The notes under the pieces are model-generated. The model did no database searches. It worked only from the letters and a program-made list of their open reading frames with translations, and was not told the DNA's origin. Below, in pieces: positions 19,975 through 30,273 of a DNA stretch of 64,000 nt. Numbering within the stretch: the first letter of the stretch is position 1; each line of letters starts with the position of its first letter. Source of the DNA: an archaeon (GTDB lineage: Archaea > Nanobdellota > Nanobdellia > CSSed11-243R1); assembly GCA_024277205.1 (NCBI GenBank), contig JAJRVP010000015.1, positions 1,645 through 65,644 on the forward strand. Reading direction: 5' to 3'. Both the position numbers and the translations under genes were made by a program.

Positions 19975-19982
19975 GCAATTAC

Positions 19983-20546
19983 TTATTTAATAGCTTTCCT
20001 TTTACTCCTCTTCTTTTTTGGGATTTCTTTGATGATTTCTCTTTTAACAACATTTGAATTTGGTATAATTGTTAATCTTCCTGCCTCATCCTCAAGAGTT
20101 ATGCTAACTAAATCCATATCTACAACCTTGCCATAGTAATTTCCTATCCTAAGTATATCTCCCTTTCTTATGGATTTTACAGTATTCAGGTATATACCTG
20201 CTGCAGCATTTGGAACAAAATCCTTTAAACTAAACAAAATTAGGATTACCACGAATAATGCAATTAATATGATGATGATATTTAATACAAAAGTTGCAAA
20301 TCCAAATTGCGCTAAAGCAATTATAAATGTAACAAAATAAAATACATATCGGATTACAAGGACGATAAATTCTATTATGGGTTCTTCATATCCCATTTTT
20401 GAAATCAATCTTTTCATCTCTGGGCGTCTTAAAAAGTGAGAAAGAAATTCTGTTGCTATCTTTGTAACAATAACACCTATTGCTATAACTATTGCAAATT
20501 GCAAAATACTAATAACCTGGACTTGCAATAATTCTTTTAATACCAT
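19983..20546 (-). CDS. small-conductance mechanosensitive channel (MscS-like) protein
   Basis: 187 aa. Three transmembrane helices followed by a beta domain (GDILRIGNYYGKVVDMDLVSITL). Confidence 0.5.
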   Translation of the reverse strand: MVLKELLQVQVISILQFAIVIAIGVIVTKIATEFLSHFLRRPEMKRLISKMGYEEPIIEFIVLVIRYVFYFVTFIIALAQFGFATFVLNIIIILIALFVVILILFSLKDFVPNAAAGIYLNTVKSIRKGDILRIGNYYGKVVDMDLVSITLEDEAGRLTIIPNSNVVKREIIKEIPKKKRSKRKAIK

Positions 20547-20573
20547 TATTAAAAATAAAAGAATGTAATATTA

Positions 20574-20990
20574 TTAAACCTTACTTAAAATCTCATGGGC
20601 TTTTTTTAAGATACTTTTTGCATTTTCAAAAGTTAATTGTTTTAATGCATCTTCGTATGGAAGCCAAATATATCCTATATGTTCATGAGAAAGTTTGACT
20701 TTATCTTGATTTGTTTGAGCAAGATAGAATATAACCTCTTTATAAACTACCTCCTTACCCCTTCTAAAAAAGTATCTAATCCTCTCCTTAAACCCAGGAA
20801 TTACTTTCAAATCAGTTATCCCAGTTTCTTCTGCAGTTTCCCTTTTAACCGTAGTGATTTCATCTTCGCCTTCTTCTATATGTCCCTTAACAAAGTCCCA
20901 GTGTCCACTACCATAATGAAGAAGTAGATATACTGGCTCTCCATGTACTCTCCTAAAAATAACTGCACCAGCTGAAATCTCACGAACCAT
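20574..20990 (-). CDS. NUDIX hydrolase
   Basis: 138 aa. The NUDIX box is GHIEEGEDEITTVKRETAEETGI. Confidence 0.7.
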   Translation of the reverse strand: MVREISAGAVIFRRVHGEPVYLLLHYGSGHWDFVKGHIEEGEDEITTVKRETAEETGITDLKVIPGFKERIRYFFRRGKEVVYKEVIFYLAQTNQDKVKLSHEHIGYIWLPYEDALKQLTFENAKSILKKAHEILSKV

Positions 20991-21008
20991 AAAAGTTGTA
21001 AAAAATTC

Positions 21009-21653
21009 ATGATTTATATATTGCTACAGTCACCACAAGATGAATTCTTATTTTTAGTAACATTTAAAAACCATAAAAAAATAGGTGAATCTACCCGAGA
21101 TGATAGGGCTTTAAGCTTGATGGGGGGTAGAGATATGGGAATGTATAAATATTTAACAAAACTTTGGCAGGATGCCAAAGAAAAGATTAAACCTATTCAA
21201 AAAGAAAGATTGATTAAATGGAGAAAACAACCTTCTATTGTAAAATTAGATAAACCCACTAGAATAGATAAAGCAAGAAGATTGGGATATAAAGCTAAGC
21301 AAGGTTTTGTTGTTGCAAGAATTAGAATTAAGAAGGGTGGAAGAAAAAAACGTTCTATACCAAAAGGAAGGCGACCAAAAAGATATGGAAGGACTAAATT
21401 CTCAACAGTAAGAAGTCTTCAAGCAATAGCAGAACAAAGAATAAACAGGAAGTTTCCAAATCTAGAAGTTCTAAATAGTTACTATGCTGGAGATGACAGC
21501 CAATATGTATGGTATGAAGTAATAATGGTTGATAAAAATCATCCTGCTATTAAAAAAGACAAGGATATTAATTGGATAACAACTCAAAGAGGAAGAGCAT
21601 ATAGGGGGCTTACCTCTGCTGGTAAAAAATCTAGGGGGTCGAGAAGGAAATGA
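21009..21653 (+). CDS. rpl15e: 50S ribosomal protein L15e
   Basis: RLGYKAKQGFVVARIRIKKGGRKK is characteristic of L15e. The true start is probably an internal Met (MGMYKY...). Confidence 0.75.
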   Translation: MIYILLQSPQDEFLFLVTFKNHKKIGESTRDDRALSLMGGRDMGMYKYLTKLWQDAKEKIKPIQKERLIKWRKQPSIVKLDKPTRIDKARRLGYKAKQGFVVARIRIKKGGRKKRSIPKGRRPKRYGRTKFSTVRSLQAIAEQRINRKFPNLEVLNSYYAGDDSQYVWYEVIMVDKNHPAIKKDKDINWITTQRGRAYRGLTSAGKKSRGSRRK

Positions 21654-21970
21654 TGCCTGGAATGGATATGAAAAAACTTCAAAAAATGATGAAAAATGTA
21701 GAGGACATACCAGCTGAAAGAGTTATCATCGAAGGGCCAAAAAGAATCATAATTGAAAATCCAAAAATTATGAAGCTTAATGTAATGGGGCAGGAAACAT
21801 TTCAAATTATTGGAGAAGCGCATGAAGAGGAATTAAAAGAATCGCTATTCACAGACGAAGATGTTCATCTTGTAATGGAACAAACTGGAAAAAATGAAGA
21901 TGAAGTAAAAGAAGCATTGATTAAAAATGAGGGCGACATTGCAAAAACAATTCTTGAACTAAAATCCTAA
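21650..21970 (+). CDS. nascent polypeptide-associated complex protein (NAC alpha homolog) with C-terminal UBA-like domain
   Basis: 106 aa with a NAC domain N-terminus and a UBA-like C-terminus. Overlaps rpl15e by 4 nt. Confidence 0.65.
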   Translation: MMPGMDMKKLQKMMKNVEDIPAERVIIEGPKRIIIENPKIMKLNVMGQETFQIIGEAHEEELKESLFTDEDVHLVMEQTGKNEDEVKEALIKNEGDIAKTILELKS

Positions 21971-23415
21971 GCACTTTCTATTGTTTTAATAAATAAGGAT
22001 TTGGTTAAAACTAAGATTATGATTAATTGAATCAAAATTGGAGAAATAAAACTTGAAAAGAAGAATACTAATGCAAATGAAACAATTATAGCAATAATCA
22101 TCCATTTATTTATTTTCTTGGATAGTCCAACAATCTTGCTTTTAATTATGCCTTCTTTTTTGAGTTTATATGTTATATAATTTTGATATCCAAATGTGAT
22201 TAGACTTACAATTATTAAAGAAACCAATGTTGAGATAGTAATCATCATATTCAGTCCAGTAATTGCACCAATAACAATAACTATTTCAGAAAAGCCCAAT
22301 AACATCCCTGCGAAGAGTATTTTTATCTTTCTTAAGAAAACAAAAGAAACTATTGCACTTGCTATCACAATTCCAATCATAACATAAACAATTAATCCCA
22401 TTGGATTTTGTTTTTCTTTTACTGGAACTATCTCTTCAACTTTGGCATCTAATCCTCCTTTTAGCATGGCTTGGGTAAAATAAAGTGCTTTCATTGCATC
22501 TTCTTTTGTTAATTTTGCACCGCCAACAATTGGCCTATCATAAGGCAATTCTTTGTTGCTTGCATAAATTTCTTCAGAACCAATTAGCTTCCCATCAATA
22601 TAATAATCAATAGTGGCATTCAAGGTACATCTTTCTCCTTTACAAGATGCAATACTTAAATCCTTTGTCAAATTTGCAAATCTCTGAGATGCTTCTTTTG
22701 TTAGAGAAACCTCAAAACCATATCTCCAAATAATTGTACTTTCTTCTTTGCTTTCATTCATATACGGATATAAATTTAGTGCACAATCAACTCCTGTAAT
22801 ACAAATATTCTTAATGTCTTTTGTTGTGAAAAAGATTTTATTGTCTACTTTTGCATAAAATTCTCCTTTTGTCTCTAGTAATGGAACAATTTCTTCTCCA
22901 GCAGTTGTGATTAATATGATTTTATCTCCTTCTTTAGAGATAGAATAATCATGAACCTTATTTATCTCCAATCTTTCTTTGATAATCTCAATTGCATTTG
23001 ACTGATTTGTGGATATGATAAATTTATTTCCACCAATTAATTTATGACTAAATCTAAGATTTGAAAAATGAGTTTTATCTGCAACAATACCTAAAAAGGT
23101 TTTATTGTCTCTTTCTTCTGCAACAAATAGATGTGATATCTCTCTATAAGTATATGGAAATGTCTCTCTTAAAACAACAATTGAAACAGTATCATTAGGT
23201 TCTATTTGCGAAATTGCATTTTCATAATCTTCAAGAGTGAGGATATTATTTCCATTTACAGAACTTATTATGTCTCTTTCCCTAAGAACTAAGGAAGCTG
23301 GAGCCTCTACCTCAGTTATAACAACTCCTTCTTTAGTAAATGGATGTATCAGCAATAAAAACCATATTGCAAGTACGATTAAAATTGCTGGACGCGCATA
23401 TTTCAAATAACCCAT
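21967..23415 (-). CDS. multi-pass membrane protein with large extracytoplasmic domain, possibly SecD-like
   Basis: 482 aa. N-terminal transmembrane helix, then a roughly 300 aa soluble domain, then 4-5 C-terminal transmembrane helices. The SecD assignment is topology-based only. Confidence 0.3.
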   Translation of the reverse strand: MGYLKYARPAILIVLAIWFLLLIHPFTKEGVVITEVEAPASLVLRERDIISSVNGNNILTLEDYENAISQIEPNDTVSIVVLRETFPYTYREISHLFVAEERDNKTFLGIVADKTHFSNLRFSHKLIGGNKFIISTNQSNAIEIIKERLEINKVHDYSISKEGDKIILITTAGEEIVPLLETKGEFYAKVDNKIFFTTKDIKNICITGVDCALNLYPYMNESKEESTIIWRYGFEVSLTKEASQRFANLTKDLSIASCKGERCTLNATIDYYIDGKLIGSEEIYASNKELPYDRPIVGGAKLTKEDAMKALYFTQAMLKGGLDAKVEEIVPVKEKQNPMGLIVYVMIGIVIASAIVSFVFLRKIKILFAGMLLGFSEIVIVIGAITGLNMMITISTLVSLIIVSLITFGYQNYITYKLKKEGIIKSKIVGLSKKINKWMIIAIIVSFALVFFFSSFISPILIQLIIILVLTKSLFIKTIESA

Positions 23416-23450
23416 AGAGTTTCACAAAATATCACAATTTAAAAACCTTA

Positions 23451-23526
23451 TGGGGTTGGCAGGATTTGAACCTGCGACCTTCGGCGCCCGAGGCCGACGC
23501 TCTAATCCAAACTAAGCTACAACCCC
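23451..23526 (-). tRNA. tRNA-Pro (anticodon CGG)
   Basis: 76-nt cloverleaf on the minus strand: acceptor GGGGUUG/CAACCCC, U8, D-stem GCUU/GAGC, anticodon stem UCGGC/GCCGA with loop CUCGGGC (G37), T-arm GCAGG-UUCAAAU-CCUGC, A73. No encoded CCA. Confidence 0.8.
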
Positions 23527-23570
23527 GCAACCTTTCTTTAAAAAGAAAGCGTATCCAATGAAAAAGATTT

Positions 23571-24143
23571 CTATATCTGCCAATTCAGGTTTTTAAGAAG
23601 TTCTTCAGCACGTGCATAAAGTTCTATTATAGATTGGTTATTATCAACAACATAATCTGCTAATTCTTCACAAGCATCATACAAATCAAAAAGTTTTGCT
23701 TCTCGCAACTCTTGCCTTATGAAATCCGCAAAGATTTCAACATCTTTCAGGCTTTTTCTTTGTTTAACTCTTTTAAATCTTGTTTCTTTATCTGCTTTAA
23801 CACAAACCAAAACAAAATCATTTCCAAGCGTTCTAAAAAACTCGAGCTCTGCACTATCTCTTATTCCAGAGATTACAACGCGACGAATTTGGTTTTTTCT
23901 TGCATATTCAATGCAAGCTTTTGCCCAAATATCCTTTCCATATTTTTCTTTCATCTCTCTTGAGAAGTCCTGAATTTTAATCCTATCAATATCTTTAATT
24001 CCTTGAGATTCCATTTCTTTTATTATTATATCACTCATTGTTATTTTTACAAAGCCGTGCTTTCTAACTAAATAGTCTGCAAAAGTATCTTTCCCACTTC
24101 CAAGTTTTCCACAAAGTCCAATTACTTTCATATTCAAAACCAA
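23571..24143 (-). CDS. P-loop nucleotide kinase (dNMP-kinase / dephospho-CoA-kinase-like)
   Basis: 190 aa. Walker A is GLCGKLGSGKDT. Confidence 0.45.
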   Translation of the reverse strand: MVLNMKVIGLCGKLGSGKDTFADYLVRKHGFVKITMSDIIIKEMESQGIKDIDRIKIQDFSREMKEKYGKDIWAKACIEYARKNQIRRVVISGIRDSAELEFFRTLGNDFVLVCVKADKETRFKRVKQRKSLKDVEIFADFIRQELREAKLFDLYDACEELADYVVDNNQSIIELYARAEELLKNLNWQI

Positions 24144-24181
24144 AACTTTTGTTACAATAATCCCTTTTAAGCATTGCTAAG

Positions 24182-24682
24182 TCAACTTTGATTATGGGGT
24201 TTTTCTCCTTGCCAATGTCCCTCGTAGAGTTGATTAACTTCTCCTTTTGTGTCAAAAAACATCATTTGAAACCAATATTCATCTTTATGAACGCGAAGCT
24301 CTTGAACTGTTATTCTAACTGTCTGTGTTCCATGTCCAGAATAACCTGAATCCCAAACAGCGCTTTCTGATTTGATTACGCCAAGACGATTAAATGTGGA
24401 GCGAGGAAACAAAAGCCCAACTGCATTTTTTGGAATTGTAATTTTGTTTGCAATTCTAATTTCATATGTTCCTTTTGGCAAATAATAAAATCCATCTTCA
24501 TCAACATCAATTTTCATTTTTTCAGGTTCAATTTTTCTTTCTTTTCCGTTTATAGTTACAATTCCTTCTTCAGGAAGTTTCCAAATTTCAGAAACTTTTA
24601 AGTCAACACCATTGGGATTTATTTTAACCTCTGGTGGCTGTTCAATATATTTTGCAACTTCTTCACCAATCCAAACACTCAT
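24182..24682 (-). CDS. dCTP deaminase/dUTPase-family protein
   Basis: 166 aa. Beta-rich dUTPase-like fold with PNGVDLKVSEI near the N-terminus. Overlaps the upstream gene by 4 nt. Confidence 0.65.
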   Translation of the reverse strand: MSVWIGEEVAKYIEQPPEVKINPNGVDLKVSEIWKLPEEGIVTINGKERKIEPEKMKIDVDEDGFYYLPKGTYEIRIANKITIPKNAVGLLFPRSTFNRLGVIKSESAVWDSGYSGHGTQTVRITVQELRVHKDEYWFQMMFFDTKGEVNQLYEGHWQGEKPHNQS

Positions 24683-25104
24683 TTTTTCACCTCATTGATA
24701 ATCCTTTTAATTTCTTTTATTAAACCTTTGCATTTGTTTATTGTCTCTTTGCATATGTCAAACTCCATCCTCTTTCCATAATAGGTTAACATGTTTCGTT
24801 TATATCTTAAATCATCAAATATGTGAAACAAATCCTCTCTTTTTAAAAAGTCTTTGAGAAAGAAGCCCAAGCACAAATGATTAGAAATTTTAAATCCATT
24901 AATAAGAGCCAACGCTTGGATTAATTCAAGCACTGAAGTATAGTAATCTTCAAAAACAAAATTGCAGTTTCTTTCATTTATATCAGCTACAGAATTTATT
25001 CTATCCATAGATACTTCTATAAGAGATTCAGCCCTTAATATGTCAGGTGTGATATTTCTGCTATTCCCACTTTCAATGCATTCTTTCCAAGACGATTCTT
25101 TCAT
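24679..25104 (-). CDS. HEPN-domain protein (toxin of HEPN/MNT pair)
   Basis: 141 aa. The Rx4H motif (KREDLFH) sits in a helical protein. Overlaps the MNT gene by 4 nt. Confidence 0.55.
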   Translation of the reverse strand: MKESSWKECIESGNSRNITPDILRAESLIEVSMDRINSVADINERNCNFVFEDYYTSVLELIQALALINGFKISNHLCLGFFLKDFLKREDLFHIFDDLRYKRNMLTYYGKRMEFDICKETINKCKGLIKEIKRIINEVKK

Positions 25105-25634
25105 TCAAATACCCTCAAAAACCCATTTAGCGTAATCCCATTTATTATGCTATCTGCCAGCTTTTTATTTCCAACTTGTTTTATATTTTTAAATTTAAAC
25201 AATTGTATATTCCGATGCAGAGCCTTCTCAAATTTAGAAACATCTACTTTTTTTGTAGATGGTGACTCTATGTAAATATCAACATCACTTTCTTCAACAT
25301 CTTCGCCTCTTGCATATGAACCAAACACAATAATTGTTGGATTACTAAACTCCTCTCGCAAATATCTAACCAACCCAGATAAATATATTTGCTTTATGTT
25401 AAATAGTCTCTTTTCAAGCAAGAAAATTTCACTGCTTCTATCTGCAGTATAAAAATTAACATCTCCAATTGTTATCTTCTTCAGAATACCCTCTTTAGTT
25501 AGCTCTTTGCAATATCTAATAACAGAAGGTAGCGAAAGATGGAGTTTCCTCTCTAGTTGTCTCACCCTCATTTTCGAGGTTGGATGCAGAAAGAAATATT
25601 CTTTCAGTTTCTGTTTGGTATCCATAGATATCAT
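25101..25634 (-). CDS. minimal nucleotidyltransferase (MNT) with N-terminal wHTH (antitoxin of HEPN/MNT pair)
   Basis: 177 aa. GSYARGE...SDVDIYIE is the pol-beta NTase motif. Confidence 0.6.
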   Translation of the reverse strand: MISMDTKQKLKEYFFLHPTSKMRVRQLERKLHLSLPSVIRYCKELTKEGILKKITIGDVNFYTADRSSEIFLLEKRLFNIKQIYLSGLVRYLREEFSNPTIIVFGSYARGEDVEESDVDIYIESPSTKKVDVSKFEKALHRNIQLFKFKNIKQVGNKKLADSIINGITLNGFLRVFE

Positions 25635-25667
25635 ATGATAATTATAAATATCAACTGATATTTAAAG

Positions 25668-26045
25668 TTATCGATTTCTCACCTCAATTAAATTAAATTC
25701 ATTTCCGTCTGGGTCAACAAAAACAGCTTTGTACTCGCCCCAAGGCCTTTTTGAAGGCTCTTCGTCAAATTTAACCCCTTTCTCTTTTAATTCTTTTACA
25801 GCTTTGAATATATCATCTGTTTCAAAGAAAATATTTGCTCTCCCACCAATTTTTACTTTTTCCCATCCTTGTCCCCAACTTAGGTTTGGAACACCAATAT
25901 CAAATTCTACGTCTCCAAGCTTCATAAGAATACATTGGAATTCTGGATATTCTTCTATTAATTCCATACCTAAAATTTTAGAATACCATTCTTTTGCTTT
26001 TCCTATATCATAAACAAAAATTTGTATTGGCCCAACCCTTAGCAT
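25668..26045 (-). CDS. VOC-family (glyoxalase/bleomycin-resistance-like) protein
   Basis: 125 aa with a beta-alpha-beta-beta-beta module. Confidence 0.6.
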   Translation of the reverse strand: MLRVGPIQIFVYDIGKAKEWYSKILGMELIEEYPEFQCILMKLGDVEFDIGVPNLSWGQGWEKVKIGGRANIFFETDDIFKAVKELKEKGVKFDEEPSKRPWGEYKAVFVDPDGNEFNLIEVRNR

Positions 26046-26206
26046 TGTCTCACCTTTATTATAATATCAGTTTAACTTTTTCTTAATGGTTTCGTTATAT
26101 ACCTCTTTAATATCAATAGATATCTAAAGGTTTTTGACTTTAGTGCCAATATATTTTCACTACTAACGAGGAACAAGTAATCGAAATCTTTATAAATGCG
26201 CTATTC

Positions 26207-26473
26207 TTGGGTATAGTTATGGCAGAAGTCGATGAGAAGTTAATACCTCTAAGTTTTGGTAGATCTCTGGTTGTAAGAGGACCAGAGGAATTTGAGCTAA
26301 GAAAAAGAGATGGCAGTAGTGTAAATTTCCATGCGATAATTTATAAAGGAACAATTTTTCCTAGATTGTATAAAGGAGGAGAATTAATAGCGTATCTGAC
26401 GTGGGGAGATATAGGGAGAATAATGGAGGGACTTGGAGAAGACTATGAACGACTATGTTTTTTCCGTCACTGA
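26207..26473 (+). CDS. hypothetical protein
   Basis: 88 aa ORF. Confidence 0.2.
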   Translation: MGIVMAEVDEKLIPLSFGRSLVVRGPEEFELRKRDGSSVNFHAIIYKGTIFPRLYKGGELIAYLTWGDIGRIMEGLGEDYERLCFFRH

Positions 26474-27195
26474 TTGTTATCGGACTTTTCATAAACATCA
26501 AGCCAACCTTGCCAGTAGGGTGCGGGTTTTCTTTTCACAAGTTCCCAGCCAGATAGATTCATTATCGACTCAAGTATAAATGGTGACCAAACTGCGTGGG
26601 CAAATCTAATTTTTTTCTTAAGAGTTTCATTAAATGCTTCTTTGATTATTTCTCCCCTTTTTGTATCAAATGCTTTTGTTATGCTAATAACTTTTTCATT
26701 TCTCTTTTTTTCAATCATCTTATCTTTCCACTTTTTCTCAAATAGAATCGTGACTACATCCCTATAATCTATGATGAAGTAAGTTCCTTTGTGAGTATTC
26801 TTTTCAATATTTTTTAATAATTTCATGAGGTCGAATGTTGTAAAGTGTCCCAAGCTGTTTCCAAGAAATGTGATTGTGTCAAAACTACCAGTAATTTTTT
26901 TCTTTGTTATATCACCGAGAATGAATTTGTTTTTTGATTTTAGTTCCTTCGTGTGCTTTTTTGCGCTTTTTATCATATCTGGATTGATATCAATTCCAAC
27001 ATAAGTGTGTCCTTTTGGTTCAATTATAAATCCTAAAACTCCACCCCCACAAGCAATATCTAAAACTTTTTTGCCAAAGAATTTTTTGTTTGAGGAGTAA
27101 AGTTTTTTGAGAGCATCGACTCTCTTTTTGTCGCTTGCTAAATACCTCTCAAAATCTTCAGAGGTTCTGTAAAATTTTTTGATGTCTGTTTTCAT
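26467..27195 (-). CDS. class I SAM-dependent methyltransferase
   Basis: 242 aa. VLDIACGGG is the SAM-binding motif. Confidence 0.7.
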   Translation of the reverse strand: MKTDIKKFYRTSEDFERYLASDKKRVDALKKLYSSNKKFFGKKVLDIACGGGVLGFIIEPKGHTYVGIDINPDMIKSAKKHTKELKSKNKFILGDITKKKITGSFDTITFLGNSLGHFTTFDLMKLLKNIEKNTHKGTYFIIDYRDVVTILFEKKWKDKMIEKKRNEKVISITKAFDTKRGEIIKEAFNETLKKKIRFAHAVWSPFILESIMNLSGWELVKRKPAPYWQGWLDVYEKSDNNQ

Positions 27196-27335
27196 ACACT
27201 TATTTTCAAAACATTATTTTTTAATTACTTATGGAAATTTATTTAAACAACTATTAAGTAGTAATATAGGGCATTTTAGACACTTAGTTGAAAAGAAAGA
27301 GCCAATTATTATTAATTATATAACGGAGGTGGATT

Positions 27336-27872
27336 GTGGTAGTTGTTATTTTAAAAGGGGATTGTGAACTCAGTCCCGAGCAAAAAAGATGTGTGGATAA
27401 GATTAATCAAAGAAAATACCCTGTTGAAATAAACAGAGAAAAATATCTTCCTTTTCATAACGATGTAAATAAAAAACTCTTATATTATGATAGGATAAAC
27501 TTTGCTAGAGAGATATATAATGTATTAAATAATCACATTGAAGATTTATTTTTAGTAATTAAAAACAATACCCCAATTCAAAATTATGAACGGATAGAAG
27601 TAGCACCATTAGATGTTAGCCTAAACAGTTTATCTGATATATTGAACGAAAATGGGTTTGAGTCAAATACGGAAGAAGACAAGGTTAATGTTAAATCTGG
27701 ACAAGAGTATGTAATAATAAAGATAATTCCTGAAGACAATTTAAAGCACATACATCTCAACTGGAGAATAATGAGAAATTACGATGGCCTCCTCGCAAAC
27801 TTAGTAATGATAAACTCCAATGCAAATGAAAGACTTGGAATTGGAAGTTCATGGAGAGTATACCCTCTCTAG
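27336..27872 (+). CDS. hypothetical protein
   Basis: 178 aa. Confidence 0.25.
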   Translation: MVVVILKGDCELSPEQKRCVDKINQRKYPVEINREKYLPFHNDVNKKLLYYDRINFAREIYNVLNNHIEDLFLVIKNNTPIQNYERIEVAPLDVSLNSLSDILNENGFESNTEEDKVNVKSGQEYVIIKIIPEDNLKHIHLNWRIMRNYDGLLANLVMINSNANERLGIGSSWRVYPL

Positions 27873-27876
27873 ATAT

Positions 27877-28368
27877 CTATTTCTTCTTCAGCTTTTTCTT
27901 AAATTCCTTTGGTAAGTCCTTTATGTCAGCTATAAAGTCAATTGTTTTTTCCTTTTCATTAAAATGGACAAAGCCAATTGTCTTGCCTTTCTTTTTTAAT
28001 TCAAAAAGATTTTCTTTAGCAGCTGGCAGTCCTAACATCTTCCCTATCTTTGCATCTTGCAATTCATCAAGTTTAAGCATTTCAGCAATGCTAGAAGTAA
28101 ACATTTGATGATATCTTTCCATTTCTCTTTTATACTTTTCAGGAATTAACTCAGGTTTAACTTTCTTTTTAGATAAAATTTCATGAAATTCTTCTAAAGT
28201 AAGAAATCTTCCTTTTTTCTCCATAAATTCTAAATCTCTTTCAAGAGCTGCTTTTTTTGCTTTTTCATTAAGAATAGTTATTCCAGAATAAAGCCATTTT
28301 AGTTTTTCAATATCCTTTTTCTTAATTGGTTTTTCAATAATTTTCTTAAGCTTCATTCTCCCCACCAC
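27877..28368 (-). CDS. hypothetical protein
   Basis: 163 aa, lysine-rich. Confidence 0.25.
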   Translation of the reverse strand: MVGRMKLKKIIEKPIKKKDIEKLKWLYSGITILNEKAKKAALERDLEFMEKKGRFLTLEEFHEILSKKKVKPELIPEKYKREMERYHQMFTSSIAEMLKLDELQDAKIGKMLGLPAAKENLFELKKKGKTIGFVHFNEKEKTIDFIADIKDLPKEFKKKLKKK

Positions 28369-28768
28369 CTAAAAGAATCATGGCTTTTTCAGCCATTTCA
28401 ATCATTACAGGATTAATCAACTTCATTTTTTTCAAATCTTTTACAGAAACCCATTTATAATCTGTGTGCTCTTTGCATAATTTAATTTTTTTTCCTTTTG
28501 GACGGCATAAATAAGCAACAGTTAAAACTTGTTTTCCATCAACTGTTTTTATCATACTTGAAAAAAATTGATAGACAATGTCAATATCCAAACCAGTCTC
28601 TTCTTTTACTTCTCTTTTTAAAGCGTCTTCATATCCTTCATTTTTTTCCAATCTGCCAGATGGAAATGTCCATTTTCCTTTTGTTTCTTTACCATAGATA
28701 CCTGAATATTTTAAGACCAAGAACTGATCTTTTTGATTAAATATGAGTGCTTGTTGTATTGCTTCCAT
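28346..28768 (-). CDS. NUDIX hydrolase (second copy)
   Basis: 140 aa. The NUDIX box is GRLEKNEGYEDALKREVKEETGL. Confidence 0.7.
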   Translation of the reverse strand: MEAIQQALIFNQKDQFLVLKYSGIYGKETKGKWTFPSGRLEKNEGYEDALKREVKEETGLDIDIVYQFFSSMIKTVDGKQVLTVAYLCRPKGKKIKLCKEHTDYKWVSVKDLKKMKLINPVMIEMAEKAMILLGGGENEA

Positions 28769-28798
28769 AAGAATACGAACACCATTGTTATTTATAAA

Positions 28799-29536
28799 TT
28801 ATAACTTCTTTTTAAAAAACTCTGCCAAATCATCAACAATGAGTCCATTGCTGCTCTTTACATAATCAACAAGTTCTTTTGGAGAATCGCTAAAAGTAAA
28901 TGGGATAATCTTTTTGTGTGCACTAAAAAGCCCAATGTCTGCCATAGAATCTCCAATTGCATAAATGTGTTGGTATCCCTTTAAGATAATTTCTTGCATT
29001 CCTAAGTACTTACCTCGAACCCCAGCAAATAGATTTACTCTCTCAAATCCTGTAATGATTCCATCTTCAACTTTAAATTTTGTACCATAAATCTTTTGAA
29101 TATGTTCTTCAAGTCCAACATTTTTAACAATTTCTTCGATTAGTTGCACTGGTTCTGCAGAAACAATGTAAATATCATCATTGCATTTTTTAAATTCAGC
29201 AACATGTCTTGGTTCTATCCATCTAGAATATTCTTTTGCGCGTTCTCTAACAAAATCCATTGGCATTCCTGCATCTTTGAGCATTAGTACTTCAAAGAGT
29301 TCCAAAGAAGTAGTTTCCCCAGTGATTTGTTCATCTCCAAAAATTTTCCCAATACATGAAGAAAGAGATTTATAAGATTTAATTACTAAATAGCGAATAG
29401 CCAAATCAATTTTTCTTTTTACATCTTGTTTCTTGTAAAAATCAAGCATTAGAGTTTCTAATAATGTTCTCTCTGCTTTTTTGATTATGGTTCCATCACA
29501 ATCCAGAACTCTTGCATCAGTCATGATAATAATCAA
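28799..29536 (-). CDS. HAD-superfamily hydrolase (phosphoserine-phosphatase-like subfamily)
   Basis: 245 aa. Motif I is LDCDGTI. The C-terminal GDSMAD motif IV is present. Confidence 0.55.
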   Translation of the reverse strand: MIIIMTDARVLDCDGTIIKKAERTLLETLMLDFYKKQDVKRKIDLAIRYLVIKSYKSLSSCIGKIFGDEQITGETTSLELFEVLMLKDAGMPMDFVRERAKEYSRWIEPRHVAEFKKCNDDIYIVSAEPVQLIEEIVKNVGLEEHIQKIYGTKFKVEDGIITGFERVNLFAGVRGKYLGMQEIILKGYQHIYAIGDSMADIGLFSAHKKIIPFTFSDSPKELVDYVKSSNGLIVDDLAEFFKKKL

Positions 29537-29613
29537 AAAGTAACAATATTTAATTGTTTCTGTTTTGTCCCTTTTTAGTTAAAAATAAAAAGGTTTATCT
29601 TATAATTATTAAC

Positions 29614-30261
29614 ATGGCAAGATATTCGCCTTACTCTCCAAGTGCAGGGCTATATCTAATAATACAACGCAATATTCCTATTGGAACATATAACAAAGAA
29701 GAATTAATAGAATTAATTAAATTCCATGGACCCCCAAAAACAAGAAGCCCAAATGTAAAAAGATTAATCAATTTTCTAAAAGAAGCAGGAGTTATAATAG
29801 AATCTGAAAACGAATATCAAATTGTTGAGTACATACCTCTTCAAGAAGCACTTATGCGAGCTGATGAAGTTGCTACAAAAAGAAGAAAATATAGAAGTAT
29901 TCAAAAAGCAGTTAGTACTCTTTCAACAAGTTTAAAATTTGGAGATACAACATTACATGTAACTAAACATTGCGAATCATATAGATGGGCAATAGAAGCT
30001 GGGTTGCTCATAGCAAATTTTGATGGATATAAAATAAACAGAGATTTGGTTCTCACCTACTCAAAAGCACTTGCATTAAAACGAGATTATCCGCCAATAT
30101 GGGAATGGTTTTCAGAAATAGTTAAAAATAATGGATTGCCGATTAATAAAATTGATGAAATTGCATTAAAAAAGCTTCTAAAAATTGAGCTTGTTAAAGT
30201 TGAAGATAATTTTGCTGTTCCAACTACCAAATTAGAAGATTTAATATTTGAAGAATTCTAA
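29614..30261 (+). CDS. hypothetical protein
   Basis: Start moved to an internal Met (MARYSPY...). The stop codon abuts the left direct repeat of the integrated element. Confidence 0.25.
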   Translation: MARYSPYSPSAGLYLIIQRNIPIGTYNKEELIELIKFHGPPKTRSPNVKRLINFLKEAGVIIESENEYQIVEYIPLQEALMRADEVATKRRKYRSIQKAVSTLSTSLKFGDTTLHVTKHCESYRWAIEAGLLIANFDGYKINRDLVLTYSKALALKRDYPPIWEWFSEIVKNNGLPINKIDEIALKKLLKIELVKVEDNFAVPTTKLEDLIFEEF

Positions 30262-30273
30262 AGCCTCGGGTGG
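30262..30273. repeat. att-like direct repeat (left copy) AGCCTCGGGTGG
   Basis: Exact 12-mer identical to the tRNA-Thr 3' end. Confidence 0.5.

Noticed and set aside
21967-23415. Confident call as SecD
   Set aside because: Only the topology fits (N-terminal helix, large loop, C-terminal helical bundle). No SecD signature residues were identified, so it is kept as a membrane protein, possibly SecD-like.
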